A DNA stretch of 63,857 nucleotides, counting the filler, from Craspedostauros australis (Eukaryota), in assembly GCA_030167865.1 (NCBI GenBank). It is 21 parts of 21 records of this genome, joined end to end, with 100 filler letters (N's around TTAATTAATTAA, not from the genome) between each part and the next. Parts side by side here need not be neighbours in the genome. Positions count along the whole stretch, not along the records: positions 24,588 to 26,369 come from JALAGF010001371.1; positions 26,470 to 28,251 come from JALAGF010001372.1; positions 28,352 to 29,940 come from JALAGF010001373.1; positions 30,041 to 33,694 come from JALAGF010001374.1; positions 33,795 to 35,655 come from JALAGF010001375.1; positions 35,756 to 39,296 come from JALAGF010001376.1; 15 more parts are not named here. One strand, given 5' to 3'. The position numbers were made by a program, and so were the translations under genes. Under the pieces are notes generated by a model. It was not told where the DNA came from. It did no database searches and worked only from the letters and a program-made list of their open reading frames with translations. Numbering within the stretch: position 1 is the first letter of the stretch; each line of letters opens with the position of its first letter. This document shows, piece by piece, positions 24,588-36,250 of this stretch.

Positions 24588-26369
24588 GGATGACAAGCAC
24601 TTCCTCACCTTCATGCGGACCTTCGAGACCCTCTCATTCTCCCACGGATTGAACCATCACCTCGACATGGATTTCATCCCCGCTCCAAAGGATGAGACCT
24701 TCTTCGCGAGTCAGAACCGGTACCTCTTCGCCGTTTTGACCGAGCATGTCAAGACATCCAAAGGACGCCGCATCGTCCGTGCCTTCAAGAAGACTTGCGA
24801 TGGCAGAGCTGCATACGCCGACCTGGTCGACAGCTACACTGGCGGTGTCGTTGGGGAGACTCTCTCCATCAAGTACCGTGATGCCATTGTCGCATTCCGG
24901 CTGGACCAATCCTGGACCAAGAGCCGTGAGCAGTTCCTCGATGCCTGGGAGACCAAGCTCGATGATATTGAAGAGCTCGACGATGCATGCGTCGATGAGG
25001 CGGTCAAGCAGCAATGGCTGCGCACCGCTATTGGTCCCGACGTTGACTTGACTCGGGCATATACCAACACCAAGTCCAACTCTCGTCAACGCCACAAGCA
25101 GTCTCGTGGTTTCATCAAGATCGGTGTCTCTTTCGAGGACCTTCTCGAGTTCGTCCGTGACGAGGCTCAGTCCCTCGATGCCAACCAACCTCGCACTACA
25201 TCCAAGCGCAAGGTCAACAACGCAAAGACCTCGGACTCCAACAACAAGGGCAATGGCAAGGACTACTCCAAGGATGATCGCCGCTCCATTCCCAACGAAG
25301 AGTGGCGTGGCATGTCCAAGGACCAGCGCAAGGCTTTCCTCGACGCAAAGGGGAAGTGGCGCAAGAACAAGGGCAAAGGCAAAGGCGATTCCAATCGCTC
25401 TGCCAACCATGCCAACACCTCTTCCGGCAGCGGCTCGGTTCCTTCCGGAACCCCTCCCTTGGGGAGCGATCCTTCCAAGACTGATGACCCATCTACCGCC
25501 GTCGATCGTCTTCTCGCGCAGACCAAGTCCAGCTCTTCATCCGACGACACTCCTTAGTTGGTCTACAAGGGCCAGACCTGGCGTCTCGCGAACTCCACTG
25601 TGGTCCGATACAGCTTCAACAAACTTGTCAAGGATCACTCCGGATCCCTTGTCGACAGCGGTGCCAATGGTGGCCTGGCTGGCGATGATGTCCTCGTTCT
25701 CTGCAAGACAGGACACACGGCCGACGTCAGCGGCATCGGTGATTCCGCCATCGCCAACCTCGACATCGGCACTGTCGCTGGACTCATCCAGACTACTGAC
25801 GGACCCATCATTGGAAAATTCCATCAATATGCGCTCTACGGAAAGGGCAAGACCATCCACTCCACCAACCAGCTTGGTGCCTTTGGGATGGACGTCAACG
25901 AGCGCCCTCGCCACCTTCCAGGTGGTCGCCAAACCATCATCACTCCCAGTGGCCACGTCATCCCGTTGGCCGTTCGCCAGGGCCTGTCCTACATGGATAT
26001 GGCCAAGCCCACTCGCGCGGAACTCGACAAGTACCCGCATGTCGACTTCACCGCCGACGACGAGTGGGACCCTTCCTCCCTCGACTGCGAGATGACCCTC
26101 GACGACGTCGCCGATGATGACGCCGCAGCACTTCAGCGTCGCGAGAACAACAACGCCGTTCTCACAACACAAGCTGATGCCCGCCAGGCCGACATCGCAG
26201 ACAATCCGGGCAGTGTCATTGCTACACGCAGGCCTGCTGACTACGAGGCACTCCGCCCTCACTTCGGCTGGATTCCGGCTCGTCGCGTTCGCGACACCCT
26301 TCGGTGCACCTCCCAGTGGTACCGTACCGCCGAGCGCTTCTCCATGCGCAAGCATTTCAAGTCTCGGTT
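24588..26369 (+). pseudogene. Ty1/copia (CoDi-like) gag-protease fragment with premature stop
   Basis: Same span and sequence as 26470-28251 except about 7 SNPs, including CAG>TAG at 25555-25557 between gag and protease (LVDSGANGGLAG). Confidence 0.9.
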
Positions 26370-26469
26370 NNNNNNNNNNNNNNNNNNNNNNNNNNNNNNN
26401 NNNNNNNNNNNNNTTAATTAATTAANNNNNNNNNNNNNNNNNNNNNNNNNNNNNNNNNNNNNNNNNNNN

Positions 26470-28251
26470 GGATGACAAGCACTTCCTCACCTTCATGCGG
26501 ACCTTCGAGACCCTCTCATTCTCCCACGGATTGAACCATCACCTCGACATGGATTTCATCCCCGCTCCAAAGGATGAGACCTTCTTCGCGAGTCAGAACC
26601 GGTACCTCTTCGCCGTTTTGACCGAGCATGTCAAGACATCCAAAGGACGCCGCATCGTCCGTGCCTTCAAGAAGACTTGCGATGGCAGAGCTGCATACGC
26701 CGACCTGGTCGACAGCTACACTGGCGGTGTCGTTGGGGAGACTCTCTCCATCAAGTACCGTGATGCCATTGTCGCATTCCGGCTGGACCAATCCTGGACC
26801 AAGAGCCGTGAGCAGTTCCTCGATGCCTGGGAGACCAAGCTCGATGATATTGAAGAGCTCGACGATGCATGCGTCGATGAGGCGGTCAAGCAGCAATGGC
26901 TGCGCACCGCTATTGGTCCCGACGTTGACTTGACTCGGGCATATACCAACACCAAGTCCAACTCTCGTCAACGCCACAAGCAGTCTCGTGGTTTCATCAA
27001 GATCGGTGTCTCTTTCGAGGACCTTCTCGAGTTCGTCCGTGACGAGGCTCAGTCCCTCGATGCCAACCAACCTCGCACTACATCCAAGCGCAAGGTCAAC
27101 AACGCAAAGACCTCGGACTCCAACAACAAGGGCAATGGCAAGGACTACTCCAAGGATGATCGCCGCTCCATTCCCAACGAAGAGTGGCGTGGCATGTCCA
27201 AGGACCAGCGCAAGGCTTTCCTCGACGCAAAGGGGAAGTGGCGCAAGAACAAGGGCAAAGGCAAAGGCGATTCCAATCGCTCTGCCAACAATGCCAACAC
27301 CTCTTCCGGCAGCGGCACGGTTCCTTCCGGAACCCCTCCCTCGGGGAGCGATCCTTCCAAGGCTGATGACCCATCTACCGCCGTCGATCGTCTTCTCGCG
27401 CAGACCAAGTCCAGCTCTTCATCCGACGACACTCCTCAGTTGGTCTACAAGGGCCAGACCTGGCGTCTCGCGAACTCCACTGTGGTCCGATACAGCTTCA
27501 ACAAGCTTGTCAAGGATCACTCCGGATCCCTCGTCGACAGCGGTGCCAATGGTGGCCTGGCTGGCGATGATGTCCTCGTTCTCTGCAAGACAGGACACAC
27601 GGCCGACGTCAGCGGCATCGGTGATTCCGCCATCGCCAACCTCGACATCGGCACTGTCGCTGGACTCATCCAGACTACTGACGGACCCATCATTGGAAAA
27701 TTCCATCAATATGCGCTCTACGGAAAGGGCAAGACCATCCACTCCACCAACCAGCTTGGTGCCTTTGGGATGGACGTCAACGAGCGCCCTCGCCACCTTC
27801 CAGGTGGTCGCCAAACCATCATCACTCCCAGTGGCCACGTCATCCCGTTGGCCGTTCGCCAGGGCCTGTCCTACATGGATATGGCCAAGCCCACTCGCGC
27901 GGAACTCGACAAGTACCCGCATGTCGACTTCACCGCCGACGACGAGTGGGACCCTTCCTCCCTCGACTGCGAGATGACCCTCGACGACGTCGCCGATGAT
28001 GACGCCGCAGCACTTCAGCGTCGCGAGAACAACAACGCCGTTCTCACAACACAAGCTGATGCCCGCCAGGCCGACATCGCAGACAATCCGGGCAGTGTCA
28101 TTGCTACACGCAGGCCTGCTGACTACGAGGCACTCCGCCCTCACTTCGGCTGGATTCCGGCTCGTCGCGTTCGCGACACCCTTCGGTGCACCTCCCAGTG
28201 GTACCGTACCGCCGAGCGCTTCTCCATGCGCAAGCATTTCAAGTCTCGGTT
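26470..28251 (+). mobile_element. Ty1/copia (CoDi-like) gag-protease-preintegrase fragment, open frame, partial at both ends
   Basis: Continuous frame DDKHFLTF...DGRAAY...LVDSGANGGLAGDD...HQYALYGKGKTIHS...DYEALRPHFGW...MRKHFKSR; clearly homologous to the gag at 62448-63296. Confidence 0.9.
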
Positions 28252-28351
28252 NNNNNNNNNNNNNNNNNNNNNNNNNNNNNNNNNNNNNNNNNNNNTTAAT
28301 TAATTAANNNNNNNNNNNNNNNNNNNNNNNNNNNNNNNNNNNNNNNNNNNN

Positions 28352-29940
28352 GTCTGGCCATCGCCCGGCAAACATGTGATGCCCAATTCGACCTGATATA
28401 CTTCCCAACTAAACCTGAAATGACAACACACTCGACGACCTCAAGCATCATCAAGGGAATGTGGAATCGACAGAGCCATGGAACGGTGATGAGTGACGTC
28501 GACACAGAAGACATCATCGCCACATCATGGGTCATCTCCACATCANNNNNNNNNNNNNNNNNNNNNNNNNNNNNNNNNNNNNNNNNNNNNNNNNNNNNNN
28601 NNNNNNNNNNNNNNNNNNNNNNNNNNNNNNNNNNNNNNNNNNNNNNNNNNNNNNNNNNNNNNNNNNNNNNNNNNNNNNNNNNNNNGTCCTGAAAGACTTG
28701 ATCTCTCTTGAAGGACTCGTGTGATTTCGCTGTGTACGATAACGAGATAACAGATTAACAGTCGCAAGCACTACATCCTGACCTGACTGAGTGAACCCCC
28801 CTCCAAACCACCGAGCTGATCCCATCAGCAACGAACCAACTGCATCACGTGACGACGTGAAGCAGGAACCGAACAACAACAAGAGCCTCCCAAGGCAGCG
28901 CANNNNNNNNNNNNNNNNNNNNNNNNNNNNNNNNNNNNNNNNNNNNNNNNNNNACGAACACACCGAGCACAGCGTATCCGCTTCTCCGTGACGAACCGAA
29001 CAAACGAACACACCGAGCACAGCGTATCCGCTTCTCTGTGACGAACCGAACAAGATGACAGAACCCACCGAACCCATCACCGTACTGAACCACGTCCTCA
29101 AGGCCGTGGGTATTATCAACATCTAGATCGAAATTAGGTACCCATCTCCCATGACTGAAACGTGATTCACTATTTTTTGATTCGACTCGATTTGAGAGTA
29201 TAGTCGAGTGAGTCTTGATACACGATTGATATTTGGTCACTACTGTCATCGAACATGACGTAGGCACTGACATCATCGTATGACGTCAGAGGATCGGTCA
29301 TTGTGATCCTCGGAATCGNNNNNNNNNNNNNNNNNNNNNNNNNNNNNNNAGATTATATTTTAGTCATGGTATGCTGACCTGTCTAGCCTAGCCGAGTGCA
29401 TCATCGAGCACGTGGCAACAACATTTAGAGTAGAGATCGTCGTCGTCAGAGGTGATGCATGCATCTCGTCGACGTAGACGGATCAATACATATATGATCA
29501 AACAGAGATCAAGATTAGGCAAGACCAGGAGAGATGAGGAAAGACCCAAAGGCAAGAATAACACGGAATATTGTGTAAATCAACATGCCATCTTGGGCAA
29601 TGTTTTAGGAAAGACTGCGAGAGAAACCACGAGGTAATCAAGCAGCACGTTAGCAACCGTGCANNNNNNNNNNNNNNNNNNNNNNNNNNNNNNNNNNNNN
29701 NNNNNNCAAACTCAATCATCAATTGACACACCAATAACTTAGCAACCAAATACACCAAACATCTCCAACTTCACCTATTGGATTGATCACCCAGGCGGCG
29801 TCGTAAGTGCAGTGTTTGGTGCTCCCCTCTTGTCCTGTGTGTAATTGCTGATTATCAGGTATCTCCGACGACTCCGACCATCGCCGCGTTATCATCGACG
29901 CAGCGGTGGAGAACGTTGACGACCTCACCTTCCTCACCAA
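28352..29940 (+). mobile_element. 5' part of a CoDi-like copia element: putative LTR, leader with 50-bp tandem repeat, gag start at 29055 interrupted by an insertion
   Basis: MTEPTEPITVLNHVLKAVG (29055-29111) resumes in frame as ISDDSDHRRVIIDAAVENVDDLTFLT after 29862; resembles MPDPIPINDTILAHVLSVLG at 63296. 50-bp repeat at 28954-29053. Confidence 0.7.
29114..29857. mobile_element. Nested insertion, probable solo (or assembly-collapsed) LTR with 5-bp TSD GGTAT
   Basis: GGTAT at 29109-29113 and 29858-29862; termini TATCAAC...ATTATCA; removal restores the gag frame. Confidence 0.75.
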
Positions 29941-31204
29941 NNNNNNNNNNNNNNNNNNNNNNNNNNNNNNNNNNNNNNNNNNNNTTAATTAATTAANNNN
30001 NNNNNNNNNNNNNNNNNNNNNNNNNNNNNNNNNNNNNNNNGAGCGATGAGATCTGCGCAAGGCTGAGGAAGATGGCGATGGCAAGGACCGTCCGAAGGAT
30101 CGGACTGACCGACCAAGGGGTCGATGATGCTGATGCTGATACGACTACTGGTGACCTCCTCATGTTGGCATCGTCGTATCCGCGCACGCTCTTTCAGCAG
30201 TCCAGAGAGGTCTAATCACAGGCTTGTGACTGCATGTCTGTTCCGATGTGTTGCCTTGTTTGGCGCCAATTTTCGGAGACTCATTTTGTTGACTTTCGTT
30301 TGGTTTCTTTGTCGATGAGACGGCTGAAGGTGAGCCTGGTCGTTNNNNNNNNNNNNNNNNNNNNNNNNNNNNNNNNNNNNNNNNNNNNNNNNNNNNNNNN
30401 NNNNNNNNNNNNNNNNNNNNNNNNNNNNNNNNNNNNNNNNNNNNNNNNNNNNNNNNNNNNNNNNNNNNNNNNNNNNNNNNNNNNNNNNNNNNNNNNNNNN
30501 NNNNNNNNNNNNNNNNNNNNNNNNNNNNNNNNNNNNNNNNNNTGGCATTGCCCTCCGACCTCCCTCTTCCGCTACCCGTACTGGACCCATCGCCTTCTGA
30601 GGGTGCGACCTAGCATGCGATCATAGGAGGGGATGTGTCTGCCTTGGCTTCTGTTTCTCTGTTTGCATCGAAGACTCATGCCTCGATGTGTCGTCGGTAG
30701 TCCGCGCTCTGTCCATCACGCCTTCCGAGGGTGCGACCTTGCATGCGATCATAGGAGCGGATGAGTACCACCTTCTTGGCTATTCCGTTTGTGTGCGTGA
30801 TAGTAAAGAACATCCGCGAAGCTAGAAGGCTGATTGCAGGCACGCGCGGCAGACATCATCGAAAAAATAATATGTGCGGAACAAGTACATCCGGGTGCTG
30901 CGAGCAAGATACTCAACAGATACGAACACGTGGCAACGTCCAACCAACAGCTTTTCATGTTGGACTTTGGCGGCGCTGGTGCGTCCAACCTTCCAGCAAC
31001 GGGGAGAAGCACGAGCCATCACAAACGGCCATGTTGTGTGCAACAGAAAAACAAAGAGAGAGAGAGAGGACGTGGTTGCTGTTCCAAACAACAAAGCGAG
31101 AGCATGTCAACAACAACAACGAAGCCCGAGACGAAACAACATCAAATCAACTCCCAATCCAGCCATTGATCACTCCGCCAAACAATTTGCATACTCCATC
31201 AAGC

Positions 31205-33691
31205 ATGAGTGCCGATGAAGAATTCCCAGAAGTGGAAGGCAATGTCTTCTCTACCCGTCTCCGCGTCGCGGACGGCGAAGATTCGCAAGAAACGCAACAA
31301 CAGAACCGGCGATGGCGATGCTTCATCTTTTTGGCTGTCGTTTGTGGTCTCGGTATAGTGGCAGCTGTGGCAGCTGTGGTAGCTGACGTTGCCACAAGCA
31401 ACAGAACAGGTGGTGGAACTGATGATACTGGTGCACCATCCAAAGCCAAAGTGACACCTTCGCCGACGCCCATGTTGAGCTCTCAACCGTCTTGGATCGC
31501 AACAACGCCATTGCCGTCATCGATGCCCTCGTCCACACCAAGTTCGAATCTGACTGCATCTCCGACGTCAGCACCGACTGGCACACCATCCAAGGCTGAA
31601 GTGACACCTTCACCAACGCCCATGTTGAGCTCTCAGCCATCTGGGACCCCAATGGCACCATTGCCGTCATCGATGCCCTCATCCACACAAAGTTCGAATC
31701 CGACTTCAGATCCAACTTACACCTTTGATCAATCGAATGCTTTCTTCACCATTTGGGAGGTGCTCGCGCCTGTACTCCAAGAAGAGCCTACCTTCGTCGA
31801 TACAACCATACTCGCCAGCCCAACCAGCACTGCACACCAGACGTTGAACTGGATGGCAAACAGCAACCACCCAGATCTCACATCATTGATCGCGGAAGAT
31901 GCACAAGCCAATGCCACGCAGCTATTGGAGTACTATGCAGTGGTGAGCATGTACTACTCACTCAATGGAGCCAATTGGAACGACAAGATGGGCTTTCTAT
32001 CAGATGCTGACGTATGTGACTGGCACTCTTCCTCTGGTGGTGTGACATGCGTTGATGGGCATGTGGTAGAAGTAGCTTTGGGTGACGAAGGCATGCGGGG
32101 CATGCTTGATCCAGCCCTGCATCATCTCTCACACCTTGAGCAATGGTCAATGGAAATGACTTCCAGGACTCGCGGACAGATCGATGGTATCATCTTCAGT
32201 CACATTGCCATGTTGAGTATGCTATCAGAGCTAACTCTAGTGTACATGGAACTGGAAGGTGCGTTTCCGTCAGAATTGTATCAACTTCCACAATTGACAC
32301 ATCTGGACCTGTCTTTCAACAACTTCGCTGGACCACTTCCATCTAAAATTGGCCAACTGACAGCGATCGCTGATCTTCGTCTAGGACGGACCAAATTCAC
32401 TGGACAATTTCCATCCGAGATTGGTCAACTGACAGCGCTCACCTATCTTGATCTGGCAGGTGCTGACTTCACTGGACAGCTTCCATCCCAGATTGGTCAA
32501 CTGGTAGCACTCACAATGCTTGAGCTGAGTTACACCCGCTTCACTGGACAGGTTCCATCTGAGATTGGTCAACTGACAGCGCTCACCTATCTTGATCTAT
32601 TATGGACTGACTTCACTGGGCAGCTTCCATCCGAGATTGGGCAGCTGACAGCGCTCGCCTCTCTTGATCTAAAACGGACCGACTTCACTGGGCAGCTTCC
32701 ATCCAAGATTGGTCAATTGACAGCGCTCATCTTTTTCAACGTGGATTTCACCGACTTCACTGGACAGCTTCCATCCGAGATTGGTCAGCTGACAGCTCTC
32801 ATCTGGCTTGGTCTGGATTCCACTGACTTCACTGGGCAGCTTCCATCCGAGATTGGTCAACTGACAGCGCTCACCTATCTTGATCTGGGATTGACTGACT
32901 TCACTGGACAGCTTCCATCCGAGATTGGTCAACTGACAGCACTCACCTATCTTGATCTGGGACGGGTCGACTTCACTGGACAGGCTCCATCCGAGATTGG
33001 TCAGCTGACAGCATTGGGACATCTTGATCTGAACCAGGTACACTTCACTGAGCGGCTTCCATCTGAGATTGGTCAACTGACAGCACTGAAACGTCTTTAC
33101 CTGGATTCCACCGACTTCACTGGACAGCTTCCATCCGAGATTGCTCAACTGACAGCGCTCACCTATCTTCGTCTGGGATCTACTGACTTCACTGGGCAGC
33201 TTCCATCCAAGATTGATCAACTGACAGCACTCACATTTCTTGATCTGGGATCTACTGACTTCACTGGGCAGCTTCCATCCAAGATTGATCAACTGACAGC
33301 GCTCACATTTCTTGTTCTAGAAGAGACCAAGTTCACTGGACCACTTCCATCTGAGATTGGTCAACTGGCAGCGCTCAACTATTTTACCCTGGGATATACC
33401 GGCTTCACTGGGTGTCTTCCATCTGAGATTGGTCAGCTGACAGCATTGGGAAGTCTTAGCCTGGCATGGGCACACTTCACTGGGCGGCTTCCATCCGAGA
33501 TTGGTCAACTGACAGCTCTCACCTCTCTTGATCTGAGATATACCAACTTCACTGGGCAGCTTCCATCTGAGATGGGTCAACTGACAGCACTCGGCTTTCT
33601 TGCTCTGGAAGGGACCAATTTCACTAGACCACCTCCAACTCAGGTTGGCCTCCTCACATCATTGGAAATAGCCAGGATTCCTGGAATCTAA
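31205..33691 (+). CDS. Type II membrane leucine-rich-repeat receptor-like protein
   Basis: Likely start MSADEEF at 31205. TM FIFLAVVCGLGIVAAVAAVV, duplicated P/S/T stalk, cap YYAVVSMYYSLNG..W....GFLS...CDW....GVTC, then 19 regular 24-aa plant-type LRRs. No kinase domain. Confidence 0.92.
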   Translation: MSADEEFPEVEGNVFSTRLRVADGEDSQETQQQNRRWRCFIFLAVVCGLGIVAAVAAVVADVATSNRTGGGTDDTGAPSKAKVTPSPTPMLSSQPSWIATTPLPSSMPSSTPSSNLTASPTSAPTGTPSKAEVTPSPTPMLSSQPSGTPMAPLPSSMPSSTQSSNPTSDPTYTFDQSNAFFTIWEVLAPVLQEEPTFVDTTILASPTSTAHQTLNWMANSNHPDLTSLIAEDAQANATQLLEYYAVVSMYYSLNGANWNDKMGFLSDADVCDWHSSSGGVTCVDGHVVEVALGDEGMRGMLDPALHHLSHLEQWSMEMTSRTRGQIDGIIFSHIAMLSMLSELTLVYMELEGAFPSELYQLPQLTHLDLSFNNFAGPLPSKIGQLTAIADLRLGRTKFTGQFPSEIGQLTALTYLDLAGADFTGQLPSQIGQLVALTMLELSYTRFTGQVPSEIGQLTALTYLDLLWTDFTGQLPSEIGQLTALASLDLKRTDFTGQLPSKIGQLTALIFFNVDFTDFTGQLPSEIGQLTALIWLGLDSTDFTGQLPSEIGQLTALTYLDLGLTDFTGQLPSEIGQLTALTYLDLGRVDFTGQAPSEIGQLTALGHLDLNQVHFTERLPSEIGQLTALKRLYLDSTDFTGQLPSEIAQLTALTYLRLGSTDFTGQLPSKIDQLTALTFLDLGSTDFTGQLPSKIDQLTALTFLVLEETKFTGPLPSEIGQLAALNYFTLGYTGFTGCLPSEIGQLTALGSLSLAWAHFTGRLPSEIGQLTALTSLDLRYTNFTGQLPSEMGQLTALGFLALEGTNFTRPPPTQVGLLTSLEIARIPGI

Positions 33692-34289
33692 CTCNNNNNN
33701 NNNNNNNNNNNNNNNNNNNNNNNNNNNNNNNNNNNNNNTTAATTAATTAANNNNNNNNNNNNNNNNNNNNNNNNNNNNNNNNNNNNNNNNNNNNACACAA
33801 ACATAACGGCACCCCAACCAGCAACGAGCAGCTGAAGTACCATTGTGTTGGTAGCCGAGCCATCAAGCGAGGAGGCAACGAAGCCGGCGAACCCAACGAG
33901 CAACTCATCAGATAGGCAGAAGTGAACAAGTAGTCGCAAGTGATCGCAGGTCGCAGAACAGCACAACGCAACGTAACACAACACAGCATAGAACACATAT
34001 AGAGAAGCTCTGCTTTCGATCGAGAGTGGGACAGCGGAAACAGTGGGAATGAGCGTGTAGCAATCATCTCTAAAGTGCACAAACCACGCTACTCGACTCG
34101 ACTCGACTCTCCCTGCATCCGAAACGGCCCCAGACGACCAATCAGGGAAGCGTGCGTGAGAGTTGAACCGTGGCTCGATCGGACGAGATCTTGCAAGGCA
34201 GCAAGCCAGGTGCTGGTACCCGCAGCTTTCAACCAACAACACAAACAACATCGTCTCCCTTGCAGCAACAAGTTCGGCAACGATTCGCT

Positions 34290-35378
34290 ATGGATCGCGA
34301 CATGATGAATGAGCACATCATGAATCAGCACATCCCTGATATCTACGACGATGCAAACAGAAATGTGAATGATAGCTTTGATGACACCATAGGTCTATTC
34401 GGCAATATGAACGCAGACGGCACCACGCAGACAAACGATAGCCCGAGCTCACCAATGAATGTGAACATGGAAAAGGCTATGCTACGACTTAACCCGCATG
34501 AAGCGCCGGGACTCTCGTCGACTCCGATCGATGCCATCCTCAATCCATTGCAATTTCCCGCTACATCGCAGCACAAGCTAGGGACGCAACAGCGGCATGA
34601 CTGGCAGCAGGATGATGGCTTCGGCATACAAGAAAAGGAGCACACGTTCCATCACAAACCAACTCACCGCAAATCTTGTCAAGCTACGGACCGAACACTG
34701 CTCGACCAAGCGACGGCCACCACGAGCAAACACGATGCGCAGCACCTTGACGGCTCTGAAAATGAAACGATGGTAGCCGATCTGGTCGAAGCGGCCCATT
34801 CGATGGCGCCGGACTACACGCAGCTGAAGGAGTCGAAGATCGACAAGCTACTGGCTGATGAGATGCACGCCATGTCGATAGTCGAACGCGAGAAAGCCTA
34901 CGAGGACATCCATGGGGTTTCTCCTATGGCAGAGGAAACGGAAGAATTCCTTTCCACCAAGCTTGCAGAAATGGAGCATTGCTTGATGCACGACCGTCAC
35001 GCAACATCTGAATCCCTGCCATCATCTCAGAAGGGCGCGAATGGCAGAGCCGCATTCGATCAGGCCTGCTCCAAAAACTACGCGTATGTCAAAAGCATGT
35101 ACCTGAAATTTCTGCGATGTGAATCGTATCGGCCGCAACAGGCAGCCAAGCGCATCGTACGGCATTTTGCCACCAAACTGGAGCTGTGGGGCGAAGAGAA
35201 GCTCACCAAGGATATCTCCATGCTCGAAGATATGGATGAGGAGACGAGAGAGGTGCTGTGTGGCTGTGCTGGCATGCAGCTCCTCCCCCAACGCGACTCG
35301 TCGGGCCGCGCCGTCGTCTTCTCGTGGGAGAGGTATCACCGACGCTTCTTCCGAACCAAGAAGCCACATATATTCATG
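34290..35378 (+). CDS. Exon 1 of a second haplotype or copy of the DUF6824-type gene (3'-partial)
   Basis: Contig 33795-35655 duplicates 35756-about 37604; donor GT at 35379. Confidence 0.8.
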
Positions 35379-36250
35379 GTNAGTGATCCGTGCATCTGTC
35401 GTCATGTTGCATCGTTGCAAGAAGTATCATGCATCCTATCATTTTTAGAATGGTTGCTTGGTTGGTTGCTTGATTGCTTGGTTGATTGATTGATTGATTG
35501 AGGAGCAACTGTCCATGACAAAGCGTCTGGATGGACAGCGGGATGCACAGATGGCTTGCACTCACCGCTTCTTTGCCATTGGTCCAAACACATTCGTCTT
35601 CGGTTTCATTGGTGTTGTGTCTTTGATCGCTGTTCCATATCTCTGGCTTGGGATCNNNNNNNNNNNNNNNNNNNNNNNNNNNNNNNNNNNNNNNNNNNNT
35701 TAATTAATTAANNNNNNNNNNNNNNNNNNNNNNNNNNNNNNNNNNNNNNNNNNNNACACAAACATAACGGCACCCCAACCAGCAACGAGCAGCTGAAGTA
35801 CCATTGTGTTGGTAGCCGAGCCATCAAGCGAGGAGGCAACGAAGCCGGCGAACCCAACGAGCAACTCATCAGATAGGCAGAAGTGAACAAGTAGTCGCAA
35901 GTGATCGCAGGTCGCAGAACAGCACAACGCAACGTAACACAACACAGCATAGAACACATATAGAGAAGCTCTGCTTTCGATCGAGAGTGGGACAGCGGAA
36001 ACAGTGGGAATGAGCGTGTAGCAATCATCTCTAAAGTGCACAAACCACGCTACTCGACTCGACTCGACTCTCCCTGCATCCGAAACGGCCCCAGACGACC
36101 AATCAGGGAAGCGTGCGTGAGAGTTGAACCGTGGCTCGATCGGACGAGATCTTGCAAGGCAGCAAGCCAGGTGCTGGTACCCGCAGCTTTCAACCAACAA
36201 CACAAACAACATCGTCTCCCTTGCAGCAACAAGTTCGGCAACGATTCGCT

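Noticed and set aside
25555..25557. Programmed gag-pol stop readthrough
   Set aside because: The sister copy has CAG at this position, so a point mutation is the simpler explanation.
30599..30765. About 37-bp direct repeat GAGGGTGCGACCT.GCATGCGATCATAGGAG.GGATG
   Set aside because: Only two copies next to a gap; not enough to assign an element or function.
30761..31204. 148-aa N-terminal extension of the LRR ORF in the track
   Set aside because: Reads as promoter/5' UTR with (GA)n and (AAC)n runs; ATG 31205 gives a normal type II topology. Not proven.
32290..33640. Diversity-generating retroelement as the cause of LRR variability
   Set aside because: No template/variable repeat pair, no evident adenine-specific pattern and no DGR-type RT; the RT fragments here are copia.
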